24,490 nucleotides of DNA, taken from a virus (taxonomy: Duplodnaviria; Caudoviricetes). The translations under genes were made by a program, and so were the position numbers. Positions within the stretch are counted from its first letter, which is position 1, and each line of letters opens with the position of its first letter. The stretch covers positions 1 to 24,490 of IMG/VR virus record IMGVR_UViG_3300017774_002359; one strand, written 5' to 3'. This document shows, in pieces, positions 16,705 through 24,490 of the stretch. Below the pieces are notes generated by a model, which was given only the letters and a program-made list of their open reading frames with translations, did not search any database and was not told the origin of the DNA.

Positions 16705-17027
16705 GTTTTTGTTTCTACAACTTTCTTATCTGGGAAAAATTTATTCTGCAACGCCACTTTACAATTATATCTTGTCATGTTGCAACTGTCAACCTCTTTT
16801 GCAGAAATTTCCCAATATCTTGCCAACTCTACGGCGTTGAATGTTTGTGCGTTCGCGTCATAAAGATCGTGGAATTCTCTGGACTCGGTAATTTTTTTAT
16901 GTAGATCTCTTCCAATTTGAGATTCAATATGCTCATATGTTGTGTCATGATGTTGTTTGTTTCCTTTTACCGCTAATATAGCTAAGTAATCGTAGGCATA
17001 TCCTTCGTCAACAATTATTGATATCAT
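16701..17027 (-). CDS. small helical hypothetical protein (DUF6165-like)
   Basis: ISIIVDEGYAYDYLAILAVK...N..RY..K..LQ pattern; family assignment tentative. Confidence 0.55.
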   Translation of the reverse strand: MISIIVDEGYAYDYLAILAVKGNKQHHDTTYEHIESQIGRDLHKKITESREFHDLYDANAQTFNAVELARYWEISAKEVDSCNMTRYNCKVALQNKFFPDKKVVETKT

Positions 17028-17034
17028 ATTTTCC

Positions 17035-17751
17035 TCATATATCGTAATATTTTATTGAAGGGTGATTATAGCACCATTCTTCTGGGTTGAATGTTTTAGG
17101 GTTAAATTTTGGCTGGAATACGTTTGCTATTGCACCAACAGAGACGGCTAGGTGAAAATCTCCAGTGTTAGAGCCAAAGTACAAGCCCACTCTTCTCATT
17201 AAACATATATATTTTTTTATACATAAATCGCTTAGTACATTCTCATGTTCAATGTTATATTCATATTTTGATGATAGACACAATATTGGCGTATAGCCTG
17301 AAGTTTTAAGCTGATTGATTAAGTCTTCAGTCAGTTCTTTTTTCATACCTCTTATGTCTTTAGCATTCGGAGAACACATGGGTGCTATAATAACTGGATT
17401 TGGTTTATCTTTTAAATAATGACTCACCCACATTTCTGATTCCATATCGGTATAAAGAACAAGCGGTCTGTTATCCAACAGCGTCGCTTTTTCTCCAAAG
17501 AAATTTCTAAGTTGCCGTGTTGCATAATGTCCCCTTCCTAAACTTGGTAGATAGTTTCCTTTTCTTACCAATTCAGTATAAGGCATATCATCTACAAATT
17601 CAATATCTGCAATTTTATCAAAAAATATAGAAAATCTAGATACCGATTTTTGAATCTCAATCGTGAATCTATTTGGGAAAAATTTACAAACTGATGTTAG
17701 CAGCAACAAGTCTCCCATTCCATAGTTACCGCATCCAAATTTAGTAATCAT
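17035..17751 (-). CDS. GT9 (heptosyltransferase)-like glycosyltransferase
   Basis: N-terminal GMGDLLLLT; C-terminal YFGSNTGDFHLAVSVG (GxDxGxxHLAxA-like). Confidence 0.75.
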   Translation of the reverse strand: MITKFGCGNYGMGDLLLLTSVCKFFPNRFTIEIQKSVSRFSIFFDKIADIEFVDDMPYTELVRKGNYLPSLGRGHYATRQLRNFFGEKATLLDNRPLVLYTDMESEMWVSHYLKDKPNPVIIAPMCSPNAKDIRGMKKELTEDLINQLKTSGYTPILCLSSKYEYNIEHENVLSDLCIKKYICLMRRVGLYFGSNTGDFHLAVSVGAIANVFQPKFNPKTFNPEEWCYNHPSIKYYDI

Positions 17752-18542
17752 AAAATATGAGCGTACCTTTCAATATTATTTTTCACAGCTTCAGGGAAAG
17801 TCTCGTCTATCTCTGCTTTTATTAATTTATACTCGCCTCTGTCAAATAAATCAACACACTTGCCGATATTTTTTCTGATGGTCGCTTTGATCTCTTCGGT
17901 ATCGCTTTCTGTGTGGGCGAAAGATTCAATCTTTTCAATAATTTGCTGTTCATCGCCCAAGTAGGAGAAATGCCATCCAGTATTTTTAATACTTGGAAAG
18001 CTGTCTTTAAAGTGCCTGTACCAATGCAGGTCAGAATTCTCTTTTAATATTTTTCCGTTGATAACAACAGTTCCTCTCCAGTTATGAAACTCTTCTGGCT
18101 CGATAACTTTATAAGTTAGCTTATCATAGAATAACTGAGAGCATAGCGTTATGGGGTTATTTATATTGTTAAAATTTTTAAAGTATTCAGCTTTAAATGA
18201 TTGCATAAATGATCTACGTGGAATTTCATCAATATCAGATATCATGATCATATCATAGTTATTAACGTCTACTAATCCATTTATCATATATCTACGCTGA
18301 TTATTTTCTAATTGCCAGCTTGTTGCGTCTGGTGGGCAATCACTAAAAACTAAGTACTTAATTTTATCAGCATACTTTTTATATCTATCTGCATTCTCGA
18401 TATATCTTAGCGGTTTATTTTTGCCGCTATGAGTTTTAGTTGATTCGCATATGATAAACTTGTCTACCGCTGGATACAATTCTTCTAATCTTATTTCTAA
18501 TGTATCTAGCTCATTAAAAAATTGAAAGCAATCATAAACCAT
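17748..18542 (-). CDS. GT17-like (MGAT3-type) glycosyltransferase, copy 2
   Basis: VYDCFQFFNELDTLEIRLEEL, VDKFIICES..HSG..KP, ENNQR, ISDIDEIP, GWHFSYLG, KIESFAH. Confidence 0.85.
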   Translation of the reverse strand: MVYDCFQFFNELDTLEIRLEELYPAVDKFIICESTKTHSGKNKPLRYIENADRYKKYADKIKYLVFSDCPPDATSWQLENNQRRYMINGLVDVNNYDMIMISDIDEIPRRSFMQSFKAEYFKNFNNINNPITLCSQLFYDKLTYKVIEPEEFHNWRGTVVINGKILKENSDLHWYRHFKDSFPSIKNTGWHFSYLGDEQQIIEKIESFAHTESDTEEIKATIRKNIGKCVDLFDRGEYKLIKAEIDETFPEAVKNNIERYAHIL

Positions 18543-19176
18543 AATGTTGTCTCACTTCTTCTCTCGGTTGTTTCCCATGAAAACCAAAGCTGTTATATAT
18601 AGTATTTTCGTAATCCGGCAATGGCACTTCGTATGAAAATTGTGCAGCGATATCAACTGGTGCAAATTTAATTCCATTGGATTCTAAATGTGACTTATAT
18701 ATTTCGCATATTGTAAAGTCTTCATTCTCTCCATCAACTGGTAGATAGGCGCATTGCTTAAATAGATTTGTAGATCTTAATGAAAAACCTCCATTACCAA
18801 CTCTACTTTTCATTAAATGCCCATTGTGAACTAATCCCACGCCCCAAGGCGCTCCAATATAATCGTAGTCAAAAAAGATGTCTGTCCATCTTTCTGGATT
18901 TAATGGAAAACCATCATGCTGACACAATAATCCGTAACAATCTTCATCCCAAACTTCGTTCAATCGCACTACAAAATTATTGTAATCCCTATAATTTAAC
19001 TTAGGGATTTTAAAATATTTAACTAGGGGGTGTTTAAATTCAACAGGAGAATATATAATTGGATTTATAGTTTTGACTCCTGCTGCATTTAATACCTTTG
19101 TAGCATGTTCTAATATTGGAATTAAATCTACGGATTTGCCAACGCCATCCACAATAAAAGGTCTTACTATGTTCAT
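18532..19176 (-). CDS. DUF5672-like putative glycosyltransferase, copy 2
   Basis: QHDGF, FFDYDYIGAPW, VGNGGFSLRS, ED, FAP..A.QFS.E, FGFHG. Confidence 0.8.
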   Translation of the reverse strand: MNIVRPFIVDGVGKSVDLIPILEHATKVLNAAGVKTINPIIYSPVEFKHPLVKYFKIPKLNYRDYNNFVVRLNEVWDEDCYGLLCQHDGFPLNPERWTDIFFDYDYIGAPWGVGLVHNGHLMKSRVGNGGFSLRSTNLFKQCAYLPVDGENEDFTICEIYKSHLESNGIKFAPVDIAAQFSYEVPLPDYENTIYNSFGFHGKQPREEVRQHYGL

Positions 19177-19961
19177 ATTAAATCCTTAAATTTTACAAGA
19201 TTATTTTTTATTGCTTCTGGATATGAATTATCAATCTGCACTTTCTTTAGTAGGAATTCAGGTCTGCCAAGTGGATCTTTGGTATTATTTACATTATCTG
19301 CAATATTATCAAGAACTTCTTTTCTATCCCATTCGTTATGAACGTATGACGCTACTTTATCTATGATATCCTGAGCAGTTCCCATATATGAAAAGTGCCA
19401 ACTTCCAGTATTTGTGAATCTAGTCCAATTATCTTTTAGATTCCTATGATATTGCATATCTGGGATTGTTTTGAAAAATTTACCCGGAATAACTACAGTG
19501 CCTCCCCAATTTTGATGCATAGATGGTTCTATAACTTGATATACAATTTTCCCATAATATAATTTATGACATATTGTTACAGTTTGATCGTAGTCAAAAT
19601 TATTTATTAATCGCTTCAAATATGATCTCTTGGGAATTTCGTCCACATCAGATACCATGATAATGTCATCATCTTTTAATGTGTTCATATCTACGCCGTT
19701 TATCATGTAACGTCTCTGATCATTCTCAAGCGTCCAATACTCTATTTTCTCTGGGAATTTATCATAGATTACATAATTAATTTTATCTAGGTATTTTGCA
19801 TACCTATCTTTATTATTTTTAAACCTTAACTCTTTTGGTTTTCCGTTGTGAGTTAATGTTGATTCACATAATACAAATTTATCAACTATTGGATACAGTT
19901 CTTCTAATCTTATCTCTAGAGCGTCAAATTCATTGAAGAATTGAAAACAATCATATACCAT
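19173..19961 (-). CDS. GT17-like (MGAT3-type) glycosyltransferase, copy 1
   Basis: VYDCFQFFNEFDALEIRLEEL, ENDQR, VSDVDEIP, SWHFSYMG. Confidence 0.85.
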   Translation of the reverse strand: MVYDCFQFFNEFDALEIRLEELYPIVDKFVLCESTLTHNGKPKELRFKNNKDRYAKYLDKINYVIYDKFPEKIEYWTLENDQRRYMINGVDMNTLKDDDIIMVSDVDEIPKRSYLKRLINNFDYDQTVTICHKLYYGKIVYQVIEPSMHQNWGGTVVIPGKFFKTIPDMQYHRNLKDNWTRFTNTGSWHFSYMGTAQDIIDKVASYVHNEWDRKEVLDNIADNVNNTKDPLGRPEFLLKKVQIDNSYPEAIKNNLVKFKDLI

Positions 19962-20601
19962 ATAATTCCTTAACTTTCTTTACGTTTCCAGACCCATGAA
20001 ATCCAAATGTTTTTTCTATTCCGAATTTTCTTTCAGGCACAATATCTGTATCATAAGAAAAATGCATAGCTACTTCCACGGGTGCGAATTTAATTCCGTA
20101 CACATCTCTAAGTATATCACCATATCTATCGCATATTCTTGTATCTTCGGGCGAACCATCATGTACGACCACGTTTGATATTACATTTAGGCAATAAGGA
20201 GATCTTAGGCAAAAACCCCCATTGCCGACTCTTTTATGATATGGTCTATCGGTTCCCCAAGGACTGCCAATATAATCATAGTCAAAGAATTCATCTTTCC
20301 AACATTCAGGATTTAATGGGAAACCATCGTGTTGACATATAAGTGCATATGAATCATCTTGCCATATTTTACCCAAGCCAACTATAAAATCATTGTATTG
20401 CGGATAATTTAAAAAATCAATTTTTTTATGTTGAATCGTCTTATGATTAAACTCGACAGGAGAAAATAAAAATGGGTCATTACATTTGACCAATGCTTTA
20501 TTTAATACTGAAATTGCCTGTTCCAAAACTTGTATTGATTTATCTATGTCGCCGATGCCATTAACAATAATTGGAGTTATAGATTTATTATTTCCAGACA
20601 T
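19951..20601 (-). CDS. DUF5672-like putative glycosyltransferase, copy 1
   Basis: QHDGF, FFDYDYIGSPW, VGNGGFCLRS, PED, FAP, FGFHG; ATG 20601 with GAAGGA (track start 20619). Confidence 0.8.
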   Translation of the reverse strand: MSGNNKSITPIIVNGIGDIDKSIQVLEQAISVLNKALVKCNDPFLFSPVEFNHKTIQHKKIDFLNYPQYNDFIVGLGKIWQDDSYALICQHDGFPLNPECWKDEFFDYDYIGSPWGTDRPYHKRVGNGGFCLRSPYCLNVISNVVVHDGSPEDTRICDRYGDILRDVYGIKFAPVEVAMHFSYDTDIVPERKFGIEKTFGFHGSGNVKKVKELYGI

Positions 20602-21574
20602 CCGGTAATCCTTCTTCAATCTCTATATTTTTAAACTTCTTAGTTTTTACATCTAAAAGATATTTGTTATCATCTATCCACTGAAGAAATGAATCTATCC
20701 CATCTTTTAGAAGTGTGTTACACTCACCAAATTCATTAATGGCTTTGTGATGATTGCTTTGAGCGTTAACTACTTCTTGTCTAGCTGGTTGATATTTAAT
20801 TTTAACCTTTGGAAAGATTTGTTTCACCATTTTCGCTAGGTCGTTTACAGTATTTGGATTACTTGATCCTATATTGTAAACGCCAGAGATTTTTTCATCC
20901 AAGCATTGTTCGAACTGAGGAATTAAATCATCAATATAAGTCCAGCACCTTATTTGATTGCCATCTCCAAAAATATTTATCGGCTTATTTTTTATTGCAG
21001 CCCTAAGAAATATAGACACTACATTTCTGTATTTATCAGCTAAATTCTGTTTTGGCCCGTACACGTTATGCGGCCTGAGTATCGTATAGTTTAGCCCAAA
21101 CATTCTATGGGCCTGTTCTATATCTAGCTCACATGCGTATTTTGCGATCCCATATGGGTCTTCTGGCTGAAGTTCGTCCGTTTCAAGATATGGTGGAATT
21201 ATAGAACCATAAACCGCAATACTAGACGTAAAAATAAGTTTATTAACCTTATTCTTTACACATTCGTTCACCACATTAGCCGTACCAACTATATTATTTG
21301 TGTAGTTATAGTTCCTAATAAAAGGACTTAGCCCTTCTGCTGCGTATGCTGCTAAATGATAGACATAATCAAACTTTTCCGTTTGGAATATCTTTGCCAA
21401 ATTTTTCGCGTTGCAAATGGATTCTTTGTAAAATGTCGCCCCGTCTGGGATATTTTCAAATATTCCACCGCTAAGATCATCAACTATTGTAACTTTATAG
21501 TTTTTGTTTTTAAGGTGGTGAGCTAGGTTTGATCCTATAAACCCAGCTCCACCTGTAATTAAGACATGTTTCAT
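20588..21574 (-). CDS. NAD-dependent NDP-sugar epimerase/dehydratase (extended SDR)
   Basis: TGGAGFIGS, DDLSGG, HLAA, FTSSIAVYG, YGIAK, RPHNVYGP, GDGNQIR. Confidence 0.93.
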   Translation of the reverse strand: MKHVLITGGAGFIGSNLAHHLKNKNYKVTIVDDLSGGIFENIPDGATFYKESICNAKNLAKIFQTEKFDYVYHLAAYAAEGLSPFIRNYNYTNNIVGTANVVNECVKNKVNKLIFTSSIAVYGSIIPPYLETDELQPEDPYGIAKYACELDIEQAHRMFGLNYTILRPHNVYGPKQNLADKYRNVVSIFLRAAIKNKPINIFGDGNQIRCWTYIDDLIPQFEQCLDEKISGVYNIGSSNPNTVNDLAKMVKQIFPKVKIKYQPARQEVVNAQSNHHKAINEFGECNTLLKDGIDSFLQWIDDNKYLLDVKTKKFKNIEIEEGLPDVWK

Positions 21575-22104
21575 TTTTCAATATACATCAGTATGTTATC
21601 CATGTAGCATTGAGCTACGTGTAATAGATTTAAAGTTGTAAACTCTGGATTATTTCTTTGTAGAGTTTCTAAATTACATAGCTGTATATCTTCCACTACA
21701 AAGATTCCACCGTCATTTAAGAACTGCTTGTAATTCTTGCACGCATAATCTTGTGTCTCAAGACTATGTGGACCATCGTCTATAATGATATCAAACTTAA
21801 CTCCTTTATTTTTAAAGAAAGATAGTGTTGATTCATCGTATGCATTCATCATATATTTCTTAACTCTATCTGAGTGTATATATTTAGAATGATCGACTAT
21901 ATCTAGTCCATATATTTCAGCATTTGGGAAAAAATCTTCCCATAGTTTTAAAGAATCTCCAGCAAATATACCAATTTCTAGTATTTTTATATTATCATTT
22001 TTTCTTGATGTTAATTTTTCACAATAGAAATTTGATATATAATGATGAAAGTGTTCTTTATCACTTTTTCTTCCGGTTTGATTGTAAACTTCAAGTAGTG
22101 TCAT
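21571..22104 (-). CDS. class I SAM-dependent methyltransferase (probable sugar O-methyltransferase)
   Basis: SDK...HHY, ILEIGIFAGDS, YGLDI, FDIIIDDGPH, GGIFVVED; ATG 22104 in a TAATG overlap. Confidence 0.85.
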   Translation of the reverse strand: MTLLEVYNQTGRKSDKEHFHHYISNFYCEKLTSRKNDNIKILEIGIFAGDSLKLWEDFFPNAEIYGLDIVDHSKYIHSDRVKKYMMNAYDESTLSFFKNKGVKFDIIIDDGPHSLETQDYACKNYKQFLNDGGIFVVEDIQLCNLETLQRNNPEFTTLNLLHVAQCYMDNILMYIEK

Positions 22105-22673
22105 TAAGTCATATCCGATACATTGTTGCTGGACCACATTTTACACGACCAATAATTAGCTTTCCACTTTGGACCGGGGCTATCACAGTTATGACGAGCG
22201 CGATAAGACTTGCGTCTTTCTGGGTCATCTCGTTTGATTTCCATGTTGGGGTCGCCAAAATTTACTTTGACAACATTACCCTTGTCATTCTTAACATACA
22301 CCGAAAATTTCTTCGGGCCTTTTGGTGTGCGAAATGGCTTGTTAAGAGTGACTTTTGGATCTTTCTTACCTTTGCCATCATCTGCTGCGTTTACACTTGG
22401 GCCATTAAGAGTCTTATCTCTATCATCTTCGTAGAATACTCCACCCGCGAGAGTAAACTCATAAGTGAATTCATCCCACTCATCATCCCATTTAGCATCT
22501 GCAAATTGGTATGCGAGGTCTGCACCCTCCATAGCGGTCGCTCTTGATTCTTGCAAGCACACAGCGACTCTTTGCTGAGAATCCTTATAGTCCTTTTTCA
22601 TCTCTGTATCGCTCATACACCTAGATACAAATTCCTTGGAGTCTTCGTCTTTTCTTTTGCTTGGAATTGGCAT
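22104..22673 (-). CDS. two-domain phage protein: MPIP..FVSRCM..QRVAVC domain plus basic FG..RR.SYRARH.C..YWSC domain
   Basis: Two recognisable small domains joined by an acidic linker; function unknown. Confidence 0.7.
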   Translation of the reverse strand: MPIPSKRKDEDSKEFVSRCMSDTEMKKDYKDSQQRVAVCLQESRATAMEGADLAYQFADAKWDDEWDEFTYEFTLAGGVFYEDDRDKTLNGPSVNAADDGKGKKDPKVTLNKPFRTPKGPKKFSVYVKNDKGNVVKVNFGDPNMEIKRDDPERRKSYRARHNCDSPGPKWKANYWSCKMWSSNNVSDMT

Positions 22674-23152
22674 TATTTATCCTTTTTTGTTGATGATCTT
22701 GGGTGATCTTTTGGTAATAAATCATTATCTTGTACATAATTTGGATTTGAAGGTCTTCCATTATACATTAAATATAAGAAAGCTTTTACCCTTGCTATTC
22801 CCCAGCCCCTTCTATCCATAGATGGATGATGGCTAGTAGAGAAAGCCCCTTCGCCTCTTCTCTGAACTGATTTCAATTGCCCCATTGTAGCCTTAGAACC
22901 TTTGTTGTTTTTTTCTACTTTGGCGTTATGCTCTTTCATCATTGAGGATAGAGTATTAGTTGTTTCTTTTCCCTGTTTAATATCATTATTTGGCTTGCTT
23001 GCAGAGTCAGGTGGATTTTTTTTGGAACCTTCTTTTCTTTCGCTTGGCTTTGCAGGAGTCTTTCTTGGATCGTCTTTTGATGGTTTGCCATATTGCAGAG
23101 CAATGGCCTCCTCTATCATTTCAACAATCTCTTCTCTTCTATCTTTTTGCAT
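22673..23152 (-). CDS. basic protein with DUF5824-like domain
   Basis: LKSVQRRGEGAFSTSHHP...WGIARVKAFL...DNDLLP. Confidence 0.65.
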   Translation of the reverse strand: MQKDRREEIVEMIEEAIALQYGKPSKDDPRKTPAKPSERKEGSKKNPPDSASKPNNDIKQGKETTNTLSSMMKEHNAKVEKNNKGSKATMGQLKSVQRRGEGAFSTSHHPSMDRRGWGIARVKAFLYLMYNGRPSNPNYVQDNDLLPKDHPRSSTKKDK

Positions 23153-23812
23153 TTAAGAGTTCTCCCTGTTATTTATATGATAATCGTAATTCTCGTTATC
23201 TTCGAATACCCACTTCCAGTTCCCCTCAGATGTCCATATGTTTGTATGTATCTTTCTTGGGATTTGTGCATCTGGCTTTGTGCAAAATGATGGGTCGTGT
23301 ATTTTGATTCTGTTGTTTGGCTGTATTGCAAAGTTTCCGTTGTCGAGTTTTATGAAGTGTCCGCATTTATGCTGGCCCGGAGCTTCGCTAAAACCCATTG
23401 GAGTTATGTTACTTTCTTCGTTCGCCCAATCTATTGTAAACATGTACTGCCCAAAATACTCCACATTTTTTCTACTAACGTATTTAATTCTTTTATTTTT
23501 TAACACTTCAAATACTGTAACAGAAGGGTAATAGCTAAAGGAATCCCACAGCTCTATTTCTTCTAGGAATTCCTGTTCATTTGATCCAATGATTGGAGTT
23601 CCCTCTTTATGGCAAAATGCAGATATTGGTAGTCGCCAAAAAATTCCACCATCTTCTAATAATGAATGGAAAAGAGGCACTCTCCCTGTGATGCTAGAAA
23701 ATCCAAAAAGCAGACACGGATAATATAATCCATGTCCACCTTCAAGATTCTGTAAGAATTCACCCCTAACATAGCATTCTATCGGAGGTATATTAGAATT
23801 TAAATATGACAT
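23153..23812 (-). CDS. conserved phage hypothetical protein
   Basis: YLNSNIP, RLPISAF, ELWDSFSY, YMFTIDW, HKCGH, LDNGNFAIQPNNR; TAATG coupling. Confidence 0.75.
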   Translation of the reverse strand: MSYLNSNIPPIECYVRGEFLQNLEGGHGLYYPCLLFGFSSITGRVPLFHSLLEDGGIFWRLPISAFCHKEGTPIIGSNEQEFLEEIELWDSFSYYPSVTVFEVLKNKRIKYVSRKNVEYFGQYMFTIDWANEESNITPMGFSEAPGQHKCGHFIKLDNGNFAIQPNNRIKIHDPSFCTKPDAQIPRKIHTNIWTSEGNWKWVFEDNENYDYHINNRENS

Positions 23813-24426
23813 TAGTCTTCTTCTTCTTCATAATACATTACATAATCATGGACAGACTTTAAATAATCTTCTATAATTGTAATTTTTGATTGAACCCAGC
23901 CTTCAGATAAGCATGTTTGATTGGTTTCGTTTAGCCCCATCATTAATGCGTTTGCGTGCTTTACAATTGATTTAATGGAAGCTTTTGACATTTCTATATT
24001 TTCTTGGACAATTTCTTCTGGGTCATCTGAAGCTTTTGATTTATTGGCTCGCCACGCAGCTTCTACCACTTCAATCTTTTTCTTTTTTACATTTGACTCT
24101 AAATAACTATCTTCTTCTTGTTCTGTAGCCCCAGATTTTTTTGAGCCTAAATTGATATCATCCGTAGGCAGTGCTGGCATTTTTTCCTTGGGATACTTTT
24201 GACTACTGTCTCGTTTCTTTGGAGTGTAATCTAATTCCCAGTTCACCATGCTGCTTTCGTCATTTGAACCCGGAGCGGCTTTAGTTTTTTTATTTTTACT
24301 ATTGGTTTTTTCATCTGGGCTTTCTGAGGTATCAACTTGCTCATCAAATTTGACATTAGCAAGAGCTTCTTCTAAGCCTTGCAATATTCTATCAGTTAGA
24401 GGCGGTCGTTTCATCTGTAGGTACAT
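23812..24426 (-). CDS. charged, largely disordered protein with C-terminal WVQSKIT..DYL..V.DY helix
   Basis: 204-aa ORF; alternative start ATG 24414. Confidence 0.7.
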   Translation of the reverse strand: MYLQMKRPPLTDRILQGLEEALANVKFDEQVDTSESPDEKTNSKNKKTKAAPGSNDESSMVNWELDYTPKKRDSSQKYPKEKMPALPTDDINLGSKKSGATEQEEDSYLESNVKKKKIEVVEAAWRANKSKASDDPEEIVQENIEMSKASIKSIVKHANALMMGLNETNQTCLSEGWVQSKITIIEDYLKSVHDYVMYYEEEED

Positions 24427-24490
24427 CCTTTTTCTTTGATGTTTTTGGAGTGGGATCTGATACAGGGGTTGGATCTACATTTACAATTGG
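24392..24490 (-). CDS. C-terminal end of an upstream CDS (partial)
   Basis: Open frame from the window edge: PIVNVDPTPVSDPTPKTSKKKDVPTDETTASN-stop (TGA 24394-24392). Confidence 0.45.
   Translation of the reverse strand, partial: PIVNVDPTPVSDPTPKTSKKKDVPTDETTASN

Noticed and set aside
14262-22104. Host chromosomal LPS or capsule locus
   Set aside because: No transport, polymerase or membrane components, and it is embedded among phage-type genes in one co-oriented block
157-24439. All plus-strand ORFs in the track (e.g. 1246-1599, 5052-5435, 21924-22547)
   Set aside because: They lie antisense to well-supported minus-strand genes, show no recognisable motifs, and are consistent with shadow ORFs
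1-24490. tRNA, rRNA, CRISPR or transposase
   Set aside because: Intergenic gaps are under about 80 nt and are explained by terminators or leaders; no such motifs recognised

Overview
A 24.5-kb, AT-rich, gene-dense segment that looks like part of a large dsDNA tailed-phage genome. All credible genes are on the minus strand, and many are coupled by ATGA/TAATG/TTGA overlaps. In transcription order (right to left) it holds five blocks. (1) Small charged proteins resembling head/core-associated phage domains (22.1-24.5 kb). (2) An ~8-kb glycan-modification cluster: SAM methyltransferase, NDP-sugar epimerase, a tandemly duplicated DUF5672-like + GT17-like pair, and GT9-like, GT-A and GT4 enzymes, interrupted by a small ORF and a macrodomain-like gene. 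(3) A papain-like (C1) cysteine peptidase followed by five small membrane proteins including a holin-like protein, closed by a terminator; this is a candidate non-canonical lysis or envelope module. (4) A near-consensus sigma70 promoter built inside that terminator, upstream of an operon ending in a phage sigma factor; next comes a Glu-free basic protein with a GGA-rich leader and its own terminator. (5) Nucleotide and recombination genes: dCMP deaminase, class II ribonucleotide reductase, PhoH, FmdB-type zinc ribbon, RecA/UvsX and a PD-(D/E)xK endonuclease. Family names come from motif recognition by eye, not database searches. No rRNA, tRNA, CRISPR array or IS element was recognised.
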